This document shows positions 36,134-45,093 of a DNA stretch of 60,603 nucleotides, in pieces. Under the pieces are notes generated by a model. That model saw only the letters and a program-made list of their open reading frames with translations, ran no database searches and was not told where the DNA came from. Each line of letters begins with the position of its first letter. The stretch's first letter is position 1. Made by a program: the position numbers and the translations under genes. Origin of the DNA: Candidatus Parcubacteria bacterium (GTDB taxonomy: Bacteria; Patescibacteriota; Minisyncoccia; Phycocordibacterales; UBA918); NCBI GenBank assembly GCA_021767645.1, contig JAASSY010000001.1, forward strand, positions 1 through 60,603, in the 5' to 3' direction.

Positions 36134-37246
36134 CTACCGTACTTCAGTCACCAGCTCGCCCACCGGTGCGGTACTATCAATCCAAAACACTTCGCGGCCT
36201 AACACTTGCCCGCGCTCGGTTTCTACCGAGCAGCGCCACTTACCATCTTCGTAGTTCCGCATGAGCGTATAACCACGGTACCCGTCGCCACGCCCACCCT
36301 GGATCGGGTACGCCAACTCAAAGCGCTCTTCCCAGTCACCCGTGGTTTCGTTTTTGTAGTACCAGCGGTGCACGATATCTGTATCGAGTCTGGTTGGAGC
36401 AAACACTTGGGCAAAACAAAACACGTTACCGCCCGACTCAGGATGGAACACTCGATCAGAATCCTTAAAGGGCTGCCACCACGCACCTGGCTCATAGCGT
36501 ACTTGGTAGTCACCATTTTCAAACCGTACCACCGAGTGATAAATACCAACGTCCTTCAGCGACAACGGGATTGGTGGAATGATATTCGCGAAGTAGAGGA
36601 AATTGAATCCAGCAAAAATAGCGCCGACCGAAAACACTACTGCTTTCATATGAAGCTCTAAAAAGCGCGGGATGATCCGGTATAGCAGCCGCACAAACCA
36701 GTACATAATAACTACCGCTAAAAGACCGCTGCCGATAAACACCCACGGCCCCATCCAACCAGTTACCACCGGAACGACGAGTACCACGTACGAGAAGAGT
36801 CCGATGAATAAAATAGTGATGTTGTAAATCAGGCGTGAAGAACGGTCTTTCACTAATTCGTTACCAAAAATGGCGCCAATGATAACCGCCAAAAACGGCC
36901 AACTAGCTGCCCACGCACCGGAGCGTCCGTAAAATATCAGCATCCCCGACAGCAAACCACCAAACGCGTACTGCATCACCAGCGGTGCGTACTGGCGTGC
37001 GTAGCGGTTGTACTGTTCGGGCAACTTTTCTGCTGCACCCGCGTAGAGAAATAAAATACTCCCCATCGCCAACACAACGTAAGTGGCTAAAATGACGTTA
37101 TCAAATACTTGATCAACTCGATTCAGTGTTAGGTTGTCGACCACAAACCCGAGGATAAACGCGATCGTCATCCAGTAGCGACGTACACCCGCAATGGTTT
37201 TTTGGGAAGGAGCGACTTTTTGCAACGCACTGTTCATAGTGGCCAT
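36134..37246 (-). CDS. Polytopic membrane protein with C-terminal DUF2914-like domain
   Basis: ~7 TM segments, then a soluble domain (HRWYYKNETTGDWEERF..GYRGYTL..GKWRCSVETERGQVLGREVFWI) typical of DUF2914. Confidence 0.6.
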   Translation of the reverse strand: MATMNSALQKVAPSQKTIAGVRRYWMTIAFILGFVVDNLTLNRVDQVFDNVILATYVVLAMGSILFLYAGAAEKLPEQYNRYARQYAPLVMQYAFGGLLSGMLIFYGRSGAWAASWPFLAVIIGAIFGNELVKDRSSRLIYNITILFIGLFSYVVLVVPVVTGWMGPWVFIGSGLLAVVIMYWFVRLLYRIIPRFLELHMKAVVFSVGAIFAGFNFLYFANIIPPIPLSLKDVGIYHSVVRFENGDYQVRYEPGAWWQPFKDSDRVFHPESGGNVFCFAQVFAPTRLDTDIVHRWYYKNETTGDWEERFELAYPIQGGRGDGYRGYTLMRNYEDGKWRCSVETERGQVLGREVFWIDSTAPVGELVTEVR

Positions 37247-37353
37247 TGTACCCCGCTTTTCAAGAAGCGTAAAAAATGCACTTGGCTAAGCCAAGCGCTA
37301 GTGCAGCAGAGAGATAAATGGACGTCGTCTGTACAACGCCATAATCATCATAA

Positions 37354-37385
37354 CAAAAAAAGCGCCCGGTATAAAAACCGGGCGC
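37354..37385 (-). terminator. Rho-independent terminator of glyA
   Basis: GCGCCCGG-tataaaaa-CCGGGCGC. On the - strand it is followed by TTTTTTT. Confidence 0.8.
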
Positions 37386-37516
37386 CAGTCGCGGAACGAG
37401 GGACAGTGAAGGAAGCAGTGTTCCGGACGCACTTCCACCACTACTGTACTACATAAAAATACACTTAGCAATAATCCATGTAGTAGGTAGCTATTACGAG
37501 CTGAGTATCACTTACC

Positions 37517-38794
37517 TTAAGAGACGAAGCTATCAGGCACCGGAAACGCCTCACACAGCTCCTTCACTTCAGCTCGCAATTTGGTCTTCAACTCAGCGTT
37601 ATCTTTATCTTTCATCACCGTAACCATCAGCTCCGCCAACTTCGTAGCTTCCGCTTCTTGCATACCGCGAGTCGTCATAGCTGGGGTACCAAAGCGAATA
37701 CCCGACGGATCCATGGCTGTGCGCGGATCATCAGCAATCATGTTCTTATTAAGGGTGATGCCAATTTCATCGAGCACACTTTCAGCTTCTTGGCCAGTTA
37801 CTCCCAGTGAGCCGTAAACATCAGCTAAAAGCAGGTGGTTGTCAGTTCCGCCAGCAAGTAGACGAATGTCGTGTTCTTTAAAGACCGCTTCCATAGCCTT
37901 AGCATTTTTTACGATCTGCTCAGCGTACGTTCTAAAAGACGGATCGAGCGCCTCCTTAAACGCCACCCCCTTAGCAGCAACAATATGCATGTGTGGACCA
38001 CCCTGCATACCCGGAAAAACTGCTTTGTTGATACGCTTTGCCAGCTCTTCACTTTCGCGCACAACAATCATTCCACCTCGAGGGCCCCGTAATGACTTAT
38101 GCGTCGTCATGGTCATAACGTCAAAGCCATAATCAAACGGGTTCTTCAGTACCCCAGCCGCAATCAGGCCTGTGATGTGTGCCACGTCTGCCACTGTGTA
38201 CGCCCCCACTTCATCAGCGATGGCTTTCATTTTCTCGTAGTCGAGCTCACGACTATAGGCAGAGAAACCAGCCAGAATGATTTTTGGCTTGTGCTCTAAG
38301 GCTACCGTGCGTAGTTCGTCATAGTCGATCTCACCCGTAGCAACGTCCTTCATTTTGTAGCGAACAAAGTTGAAGACTTTATTGATCTCTGTAGTCGGAT
38401 GACCATGCGTCAGGTGACCACCGTGACTTAAGTCCATTCCCAGCACGGTGTCACCCGGCTCCATAAGAGCGAAGTACATCGCGACGTTGGCGGCTGCTCC
38501 GCCCAGTGGTTGTACATTGGCGTACTTGGCTTTAAACAGTTGGCACGCTCGATCAATGGTAATCCGTTCCATGGCGTCGGTGAACTCTTGTCCGCCGTAG
38601 TAACGTTTACCGGGGTACCCCTCTGAGTACTTGTTGGTGAACACCGAACCGGCCGCTTCTCGCACCGCTTTGCTGACGTAGTTTTCGCTAGGGATGAGTT
38701 CGACACCAGTGCGTTCGCGTTCTTCTTCCCCCACTAACGTGGCGTATAGTTCAGGATCTTGTTGTTGGATGAAAGTATAATCGTTCATAGGCAA
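37517..38794 (-). CDS. glyA: Serine hydroxymethyltransferase
   Basis: 425 aa. ELIPSENYVS, GYPGKRYYGG, and TTHKSLRGPRGG (PLP lysine motif). Confidence 0.95.
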   Translation of the reverse strand: MPMNDYTFIQQQDPELYATLVGEEERERTGVELIPSENYVSKAVREAAGSVFTNKYSEGYPGKRYYGGQEFTDAMERITIDRACQLFKAKYANVQPLGGAAANVAMYFALMEPGDTVLGMDLSHGGHLTHGHPTTEINKVFNFVRYKMKDVATGEIDYDELRTVALEHKPKIILAGFSAYSRELDYEKMKAIADEVGAYTVADVAHITGLIAAGVLKNPFDYGFDVMTMTTHKSLRGPRGGMIVVRESEELAKRINKAVFPGMQGGPHMHIVAAKGVAFKEALDPSFRTYAEQIVKNAKAMEAVFKEHDIRLLAGGTDNHLLLADVYGSLGVTGQEAESVLDEIGITLNKNMIADDPRTAMDPSGIRFGTPAMTTRGMQEAEATKLAELMVTVMKDKDNAELKTKLRAEVKELCEAFPVPDSFVS

Positions 38795-39051
38795 AATAAA
38801 ATCAGTGGTTAATCAGCTCTACTGCAGGTGAACGAAAAGACTTAAATCATAGGCACAAGTGTTATGTATCGTGAGTATATCACAACTAATCACAAGATCG
38901 GAGTTCCAGAAGTATGTTTTATACCCTTACAGTTCCCCTGTTACATTACATTAATGGGATGTCAAAATAATTCATTTAACACTGACGATTGGTGTGGGGT
39001 GTATATATACCGGCCAGCAACTAACTACGATCATTTTACCGGCATCTGGTT

Positions 39052-40065
39052 TTATTTTTTATTGGTCTCAAACCCGCCGATGTTGGCGATCTCTGCTTTG
39101 AGGCTCGGGTGTGACTGATAATCCTGCAGTTCAATATCCTCCAGTGTAAAGCTATCGATATCTTTCACCGCTGGGTTGAGTTTCAAGGTCGGGAACGGAT
39201 ACGGCTCGCGAGTCATCTGCTCTTTAATTTGCTCAAAGTGGTTGCTGTAGATGTGCGCGTCACCAAACGTGTGCACAAACTCGCCAGCTGGTATATCGAC
39301 CACTTGCGCTACCATCTCCAAGAGGAGTGCGTAACTCGCGATGTTAAACGGTACACCCAAGAAGACATCAGCGGAGCGTTGGTAGAGACCAAGATTTAAC
39401 TTCCCGTTCGCCACCTGAAATTGAAACATGGTGTGACAAAACGGGGGCACCTGTGACTGCTGCCCTTCACTCGCCATAGCATAGATAAAATCTGGGTTCC
39501 AAGAGTTCACTACGTATGACTTGCGGTCGGGTTTTGTCTTAAGTCCATCGATGACCCAACCCAACTGATCGATTTCACGACCATCTTTAGCGGGCCAACG
39601 ACGCCACATCCGGCCGTAAATGGTAATCAAGTCACCCCACTTTTCTACAAATGGATCATCAGCCGGTAGTGAGGCGATTTTCTCGATAAACTCCTCTTGC
39701 GTCATGTCTTCCTCGGGTGCGTTTTCAAGCGCCCACATGTGGTACATCTTCCAAGCCCATTCATCCCAAATGTGATTATTCTGATCGACGAGTGGTTTGA
39801 GGTTAGAACTACCCGAGAGAAACCAGAGCAACTCAGTAGTAATACCGCGCCAAAACGTCTTTTTGGTTGTTAGGAGTGGAAAACCTTCACTTAGATCAAA
39901 ACGAATTTGTCGCCCAAACACGGAACGGATGAACGGCGGTTCTTCGCCTTTTTGTTTATACTCCTCCAAAACAACCTCATTGAAGAAAAGTTCCTTATCA
40001 GCTCCGTTATCAAGAATGTCCTGACACAGATCTAGGTATTGATATTCGGGGTGTCGTTCACTCAT
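39052..40065 (-). CDS. thyA: Thymidylate synthase ThyA (long form)
   Basis: 337 aa. LLWFLSG.., the PPCH-like motif PFCHTMFQFQV, and YQRSADVFLGVPFNIASYALL. Confidence 0.9.
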   Translation of the reverse strand: MSERHPEYQYLDLCQDILDNGADKELFFNEVVLEEYKQKGEEPPFIRSVFGRQIRFDLSEGFPLLTTKKTFWRGITTELLWFLSGSSNLKPLVDQNNHIWDEWAWKMYHMWALENAPEEDMTQEEFIEKIASLPADDPFVEKWGDLITIYGRMWRRWPAKDGREIDQLGWVIDGLKTKPDRKSYVVNSWNPDFIYAMASEGQQSQVPPFCHTMFQFQVANGKLNLGLYQRSADVFLGVPFNIASYALLLEMVAQVVDIPAGEFVHTFGDAHIYSNHFEQIKEQMTREPYPFPTLKLNPAVKDIDSFTLEDIELQDYQSHPSLKAEIANIGGFETNKK

Positions 40066-40067
40066 AC

Positions 40068-40670
40068 TTATTTCTTTTTTACTGATTTTGTAACTGTCTT
40101 CTTGGTTGTACGTTTGCGAGCTAGCGGACCCGTCTTAGGCGGGACGTAGCCCAAAAAGTTATTGTGGTGATACCGGCCGGTTTGCTTGTAGCTTTTTTTT
40201 GTGCCCGAGGAGAGCGTCGAGAACGATAGCTGGGCGATCTCCATACCGGGTCGCAACACAATTGGGACGTTGTTGAGGTTGCAAAGCTCCAGAGCGATGT
40301 TGAGTACGTGACCGGGGTTCACAATACTGGCCGAGTTGTGCACGATGAGCCCAATCCGCGCTAAACTCGACTTGCCATTGACTTCGATGAGGTAATTATC
40401 GCTCCCGAACTTTTCTTTCGAGTAGCCTAAAATGGACACCCCCGGGTGTAATACAAACTCATCCCCATCAGCTACCTCGATGGTTTGTGTTTGGGGGTAG
40501 ATGCCTTTGGCTGGATCAATCGCTTTTGTTGAATGGGCGTCGTTGACGATAAACGTATTGCCCAGGCGAATATCATACGTCGCTGGTTGCAACCGCTTCG
40601 CTTCAAATGGCTCAAGGGTAATTTCACCTTTTTTCACCGCCGCGTGAATGTCTTTGTCAGATAGAAACAT
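40068..40670 (-). CDS. dcd: dCTP deaminase with basic C-terminal tail
   Basis: MFLSDKDIHAAVKKGEI..YDIRLGN.. has the dCTP deaminase/dUTPase fold pattern. The tail ARKRTTKKTVTKSVKKK is extra. The gene starts 2 nt after... i.e. it is separated from thyA by 2 nt. Confidence 0.85.
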   Translation of the reverse strand: MFLSDKDIHAAVKKGEITLEPFEAKRLQPATYDIRLGNTFIVNDAHSTKAIDPAKGIYPQTQTIEVADGDEFVLHPGVSILGYSKEKFGSDNYLIEVNGKSSLARIGLIVHNSASIVNPGHVLNIALELCNLNNVPIVLRPGMEIAQLSFSTLSSGTKKSYKQTGRYHHNNFLGYVPPKTGPLARKRTTKKTVTKSVKKK

Positions 40671-40677
40671 AGTCTCC

Positions 40678-41352
40678 TTATTCTACCGTAAAGGTCTTCG
40701 TCGTGCCGTAGTAATCACGCCAGTTTTGGTTATAAAACTCAAACATCCGGGCCAAGCGGTCTTGGGGCAACTCCTCGACACCGAGCTCAGCCATCATGGC
40801 CTCGAGCTCACCTCGTACCGTACTCACCTGGTCTTCATCGTCGGTCAATTTCTCAAACTCAGCCAGGTAGCCGTAGCCCGCGTTGTAATCTATACAGACA
40901 GTCGCTCCCTTATAGCTGTATTCCTCACGCTGTCGTGACCACTTGGCTTGGTAGTCAAACCCCGCCTGCATCACCAACGCATCCAGTTCATCAAGCGTAA
41001 TATCGACCGGCTCTTCAAACTCAAGTCGAGAAATAGTGTTCTCGCTCGTTCCCTCATCGACTGAGGCTTTCACCACAAGGAGTACCTCGGCGTCTTTCTG
41101 GCGGGTACGCACCGAAAAGTCAGTCCCTCGCTCTACCACCTTCGCTAGTTTTTCCCGATCAGCGGGACTGAAGTGTTCGTCGGTCAAGTCGTACAATTCA
41201 CGCATGTTACCTCCGGAGAAGTAGTGGTTGAGCTGTTTATTTTCAGCCGTTTTACAAGTCTCCGGATCGAGCTCACACATTTTATCTTTCAGTATCTGAG
41301 CCGTTTCTTCGTCACCTAGTAAGCTTTTAATCTCAATTTCGTAGTGGGCCAT
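40678..41352 (-). CDS. CYTH-domain protein (triphosphate tunnel metalloenzyme)
   Basis: N-terminal EIEIK (the ExExK signature of CYTH). 224 aa. Located inside the thymidylate-cycle cluster. Confidence 0.65.
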   Translation of the reverse strand: MAHYEIEIKSLLGDEETAQILKDKMCELDPETCKTAENKQLNHYFSGGNMRELYDLTDEHFSPADREKLAKVVERGTDFSVRTRQKDAEVLLVVKASVDEGTSENTISRLEFEEPVDITLDELDALVMQAGFDYQAKWSRQREEYSYKGATVCIDYNAGYGYLAEFEKLTDDEDQVSTVRGELEAMMAELGVEELPQDRLARMFEFYNQNWRDYYGTTKTFTVE

Positions 41353-41445
41353 GGTGTGTAGTCGTTATCTGCTATGGCTGCATTATACGGTACGTGGAAA
41401 TGGAGACCAAAAGACAGGCCGCTTAGTTTATGTCATAATCCCACC

Positions 41446-41973
41446 ATGAGTTACACACCAAACGCTCCCGTTGTGATAGTAGCAGGCATCGAAAAACGTA
41501 GCCGCGCGATTGGTCGTAACAACCAGCTGCTCTGGCACGTACCTGATGATCTGAAACGCTTTAAACAGCTCACACACGGTCACCCTGTCATCATGGGGCG
41601 GAAAACGTTTGAATCTATTCTCGCTATTTTGGGCAAGCCGCTTCCCGGACGCCCAAACCACGTTGTCACTCGTAATGCTGACTACCACCATGAAGCTGAC
41701 CATGTACACACCCATACATCACTGACTGACGCGCTAGCAGCCGCTGATGCTTCATCGCCAAGCGAGATTCATATCGGTGGTGGTGCTGATCTCTATAAAC
41801 AGGCACTGCCGCACGTATCGCGACTCCACCTCACCCTCTTTGACGACCCAGGAGTGGAAGCCGACACGCATTTCCCTGACTTTAGCGACGAGTTCACCAT
41901 CAGCAAAATTTACCCCATCACTGAACACAACGGCCTCCCCTACCAATGGGTCGACTTTGAGCGGTTGAACTAA
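41446..41973 (+). CDS. folA: Dihydrofolate reductase
   Basis: VVIVAGIEKRSRAIGRNNQLLWHVPDDLKRFKQLTHGHPVIMGRKTFESI. ATG at 41446 was preferred over the ORF-track start at 41374. Confidence 0.9.
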   Translation: MSYTPNAPVVIVAGIEKRSRAIGRNNQLLWHVPDDLKRFKQLTHGHPVIMGRKTFESILAILGKPLPGRPNHVVTRNADYHHEADHVHTHTSLTDALAAADASSPSEIHIGGGADLYKQALPHVSRLHLTLFDDPGVEADTHFPDFSDEFTISKIYPITEHNGLPYQWVDFERLN

Positions 41974-41977
41974 AACA

Positions 41978-42000
41978 AGGCGGACCTATACGGTCCGCCT
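41978..42000. terminator. Hairpin between convergent folA and 42008-42556
   Basis: AGGCGGACC-tatac-GGTCCGCCT. The T-tract is weak (only on the - strand: TTGTTTTA). Confidence 0.55.
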
Positions 42001-42007
42001 AGTAAAT

Positions 42008-42556
42008 TTATTGTAACCAACCGTAATCAACGACTCTGCGCAGCGCCTGCTCAATAGCGTGGGCTTTGGCCGGGTTAGTCCGGAGTGTTGAGCGCAAGCA
42101 CCAGTGTAACTGGTCTACACCTGCCACCCATTCGGCACGATCACACTCAGCACCATCTGGCTGTAAACGCAATCGCTGGTTGCTCGCAAAAGCAACAAAA
42201 TGAATCCGCTTACACCACCCACTCCGCGCCTGTTCATTGATAAATGAACCGAGATAGAGTGGTCGTGACCAGTTCACTAATGGCTGAGCGTGGCGATGAA
42301 GACGGCGTATAGATGGCAGTTCCTCGCGTGACTCCCTCCGCGCCGCTTTTTGCAGCGGTTCTTTCGGTAGTCGAACACCTCCTTGTGGTGGTATGAATGT
42401 CTCCTCGTCAGCTTTGACTGGGTGAATAAACGGTACTGCATTTCGTACACGGTCTACGATGATTACTGCCACCGTCTCACGAAAGCCTCCTGACTGGATA
42501 AGTCGACGAGGAAACCGAAATCGAGGATTGATAGCATGTTTAACTAAAGCAGTCAT
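42008..42556 (-). CDS. NUDIX-like hydrolase (putative)
   Basis: GGVRLPKEPLQKAARRESREELPS approximates the Nudix box GX5EX7REUXEEXGU. Confidence 0.45.
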   Translation of the reverse strand: MTALVKHAINPRFRFPRRLIQSGGFRETVAVIIVDRVRNAVPFIHPVKADEETFIPPQGGVRLPKEPLQKAARRESREELPSIRRLHRHAQPLVNWSRPLYLGSFINEQARSGWCKRIHFVAFASNQRLRLQPDGAECDRAEWVAGVDQLHWCLRSTLRTNPAKAHAIEQALRRVVDYGWLQ

Positions 42557-42685
42557 TTGTTTCCTCCCATGACAATGATTGGTATTGTGCTAGTCTCTTA
42601 TGGTTATACCATACTCTTCCTCACCACCAACAAAACCGCTGCAATAGCGGTTTTGTTGGCACATACCGTTGGTGTGTGCATTCAT

Positions 42686-43111
42686 CTATTCTTTCACCTG
42701 TACACCCATACTCCGGGCTGTACCTTCGATGATTTTATCAGCCTGCTCGAGTGATGAAGCATTGAGGTCAGCCATCTTGGCTTCCGCGATCTCGCGGATT
42801 TGTGCCTTGGTGATTTCACCTCCTTTGGAAATACCAGGCTTTTGTGAGCCTTTGTCTTTACCGATCGCCTTGAGGATAAGTCGTGACGCTGGCGTGGTTT
42901 TGACGATGAAGTCAAATGACCGGTCGTCGTAGACATTAATCACGGTTGGTACCACTTCGCCGATCCGATCTTGTGTCTTTTCGTTAAACTGGTTAACGAA
43001 CTCACCGATGTTAATACCAGCCTGACCCAATACCGGACCAAGTGGTGGCGCTGGTGTCGCCTTACCACCGACAGCTTGTACTTTAACTTGTTTGAGTAGT
43101 TTTTTAGCCAC
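42686..43111 (-). CDS. rplK: 50S ribosomal protein L11
   Basis: From the GTG at 43111, (M)AKKLLKQVKVQAVGGKATPAPPLGPVLGQAGINI.. matches the L11 N-terminus. The ORF-track TTG start at 43177 would add 22 non-homologous residues. Confidence 0.9.
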   Translation of the reverse strand: MAKKLLKQVKVQAVGGKATPAPPLGPVLGQAGINIGEFVNQFNEKTQDRIGEVVPTVINVYDDRSFDFIVKTTPASRLILKAIGKDKGSQKPGISKGGEITKAQIREIAEAKMADLNASSLEQADKIIEGTARSMGVQVKE

Positions 43112-43299
43112 AGTGTTGTTGTTATTGGTTATAAATGTGCCGATAACCTCGGCTTGAGTAGGAGCAGTCCATAGCAACTACTACTCGGTAGAAGCAGCGC
43201 AATCGTACTAGGTTTTATTAGCTTTGGCAAGCCAATAATGAATTTGTTTGACACGAAGTGCTACGTATGACACTTTTTACTAAGACAAGGGAGGGTAAA

Positions 43300-43635
43300 A
43301 TGATCCGAGATATTATAGACGAACTACTATTCTGGTGGCGAAACGGTAACATCAAATGCCCCAGCTGCAACAGTCTTTACCGCGTAGACGAACTTGTGCA
43401 TGAGGATAATTTTGGTGTCACCACAACAGATGGGATCGTCTTTGACATCTGTTTTGCTTGTAGAACTGGAGAACACTGGTTTGATGAACAAGCTTTTGCG
43501 ATACAGGCACTAAAACGAAACTACTCGGTACAGGAAGTCTGCGAAGCAATCGATCTTATTCAGCAAGACAGATTTGCCTCGCATATAACTCAGGAAATGC
43601 TACGTCGCCGTTACGCCTGTGACACTCGGTTATAA
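43300..43635 (+). CDS. Hypothetical zinc-ribbon protein
   Basis: AGGGAGGG SD lies before the ATG at 43300. Contains CPSC..CFAC Cys pairs. Inserted between nusG and rplK on the opposite strand. Confidence 0.55.
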   Translation: MIRDIIDELLFWWRNGNIKCPSCNSLYRVDELVHEDNFGVTTTDGIVFDICFACRTGEHWFDEQAFAIQALKRNYSVQEVCEAIDLIQQDRFASHITQEMLRRRYACDTRL

Positions 43636-43664
43636 AGCAGACCTTATTGCAAAACTTTGCAAAA

Positions 43665-43692
43665 CTCCGCGCCTCGAGCGCGGAGCAATTTT
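43665..43692 (+). terminator. Terminator of 43300-43635
   Basis: CTCCGCGC-ctcga-GCGCGGAG followed by caATTTTa. Confidence 0.6.
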
Positions 43693-43716
43693 ACATAGCG
43701 GTATTACACACGAGGT

Positions 43717-43753
43717 ACAACCAACCCCGCGACGAAGTCGCGGGGTTGGTTGT
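43717..43753. other. Very stable 17-bp hairpin without T-tract
   Basis: ACAACCAACCCCGCGAC-gaa-GTCGCGGGGTTGGTTGT. Confidence 0.7.
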
Positions 43754-43915
43754 TGTAATGCTGCTTGGTGAACAAGGCACCAACGCAGCATTCACATATC
43801 CAAAGAAGTGGAAGATTGTGCCAAATACGAGGCGCAAGGCGATTTTGGAAGGAGGCGTACTTAAAGGTACGATGACTGACAAAATCGTTGAAGCAACAAA
43901 GTAGTTGGCGCGATA

Positions 43916-44461
43916 TTACACCTTCTTCACTTGGAGGAAATCAAGTTCGACAGGAGTCTCTCGCCCAAACATACTCACCAGCACTTTCACCTTACCAGTC
44001 GCTTCATCGACTTCGCCCACTTTACCTTCCAAGTCTTTGAAAGGACCATCATTAATAGACACCAGGTCATCAACCTGCAGATCGACTTTGTGCTTCACTT
44101 CTTCACTGTCCATGATGTTCATGAGCTTGTTGTACTCTTCTTCCGATAACGGTACTGGCTGCGTACCGGCACCAACAAAGCCCGTCACCCGTGGTGTGTT
44201 TCGTACCACGTACCACGATTCGTCGTTCACGATCATATCAACCAGTACATAGCCCGGATACAACTTCTCCTCTTCGGTCACTCGCTTGCCACCTTTAACA
44301 CGCACCTTCTTCTCAGTGGGTACAACTACTGCAAAAATTTGGTCTTGCATACCGAGCGAATCAATCCGCTGCCGAAGATTGCGCGCCACCGCGTTTTCAT
44401 AGCCTGAATACGTGTGAATAGCGTACCAATGTCGCTCACCTGTGCTTACTTGTTTTGCCAT
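43916..44461 (-). CDS. nusG: Transcription antitermination factor NusG
   Basis: WYAIHTYSGYENAV.., with a KOW motif (GPFKDLEGKVGEVD..VKVLVSMFGRETPVEL). Confidence 0.95.
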   Translation of the reverse strand: MAKQVSTGERHWYAIHTYSGYENAVARNLRQRIDSLGMQDQIFAVVVPTEKKVRVKGGKRVTEEEKLYPGYVLVDMIVNDESWYVVRNTPRVTGFVGAGTQPVPLSEEEYNKLMNIMDSEEVKHKVDLQVDDLVSINDGPFKDLEGKVGEVDEATGKVKVLVSMFGRETPVELDFLQVKKV

Positions 44462-44489
44462 AATGTGTTCTCAGTTACAAAACTGCTAC

Positions 44490-44675
44490 TTACAGACTGA
44501 TAACTATATCGAGGAGGTTAGTAAAGACGTAGTCAAACGCACCTAAAAAGGCGGCAGTGACACCAGAAATAACAATGACCAAAACGGTGTAGACAATGGC
44601 TTGTGTCTGGGTCGGCCATGACACATGCTTCATTTCGGCCTTTGTGTCACGTAAGTAGTTTCCAATTCGACTCAT
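44490..44675 (-). CDS. secE: Preprotein translocase subunit SecE
   Basis: 61 aa. LRDTKAEMKHVSWPT followed by a single TM. Lies directly upstream of nusG. Confidence 0.9.
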   Translation of the reverse strand: MSRIGNYLRDTKAEMKHVSWPTQTQAIVYTVLVIVISGVTAAFLGAFDYVFTNLLDIVISL

Positions 44676-44741
44676 AGAGAATATTGTTGTTTCCTATAAA
44701 AAAACGCCGGTGGCGGCGATTTCTCATATCATACGCTTGTT

Positions 44742-44777
44742 TCCAAAAAACGCAAGCGCGGCTACAAGTAGCCGCGC
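44742..44777 (-). terminator. Rho-independent terminator of 44784-44978
   Basis: AGCGCGGCTAC / GTAGCCGCGCT stem. On the - strand it is followed by tgcgTTTTTTgg. Confidence 0.75.
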
Positions 44778-44783
44778 TATACT

Positions 44784-44978
44784 TCATCTCACCACAGCGT
44801 GAACAACTCGGTCGTCCTGAAGCTTCACGCTCAGTCGATCATCTCGCACATCTGTCGTACATGCGTATGGCTGACCATCGCGCTCTACAACTCGAAATAG
44901 CTTGAAGCCAAGCTGCTCGGCTTGTTTCATTGCGTCTGCTTCACTCAGACCCTGAAGCTCGGACAAACCTTTTGGCAT
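44784..44978 (-). CDS. Small protein resembling peptidase inhibitor I78 family
   Basis: 64 aa. ..A..LG..FRVVERDGQPYACTTDVRDDRLSVKLQDDRVV fits my recollection of the I78 pattern. Confidence 0.45.
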   Translation of the reverse strand: MPKGLSELQGLSEADAMKQAEQLGFKLFRVVERDGQPYACTTDVRDDRLSVKLQDDRVVHAVVR

Positions 44979-45093
44979 ACTACCCTCTCTTTCTGTAGTG
45001 TGTATCCGCTAGAAACATAGCGCATCAACCCCTTAAAGGCAAGCGCGATGACTTACTGTCATCGCGCTTGCCTTTCCTTTCTGCACTCTTTGG

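Noticed and set aside
37395-37445. GGAAGCAG and TCCGGA strings reminiscent of the SRP (4.5S) RNA domain IV consensus GUCCGGAAGGAAGCAG.
   Set aside because: The order and spacing of the elements do not match on either strand, and no GGAA-tetraloop helix can be drawn. This is probably just the promoter/UTR of 36134-37246.
38795-39051. 257-nt gap upstream of glyA, checked for a ZTP (pfl), THF or glycine riboswitch. The 84-aa ORF 38864-39118 was also examined.
   Set aside because: None of the conserved cores I remember (for example GGGUCG...CCGCCUGGG for ZTP) are present. The ORF is AT-rich, has no SD, and overlaps the thyA 3' end.
43647-43904. 85-aa + strand ORF between the zinc-ribbon gene and nusG.
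   Set aside because: It reads through a terminator hairpin (43665-43692) and the 17-bp hairpin (43717-43753) and has no SD. It is more likely non-coding.
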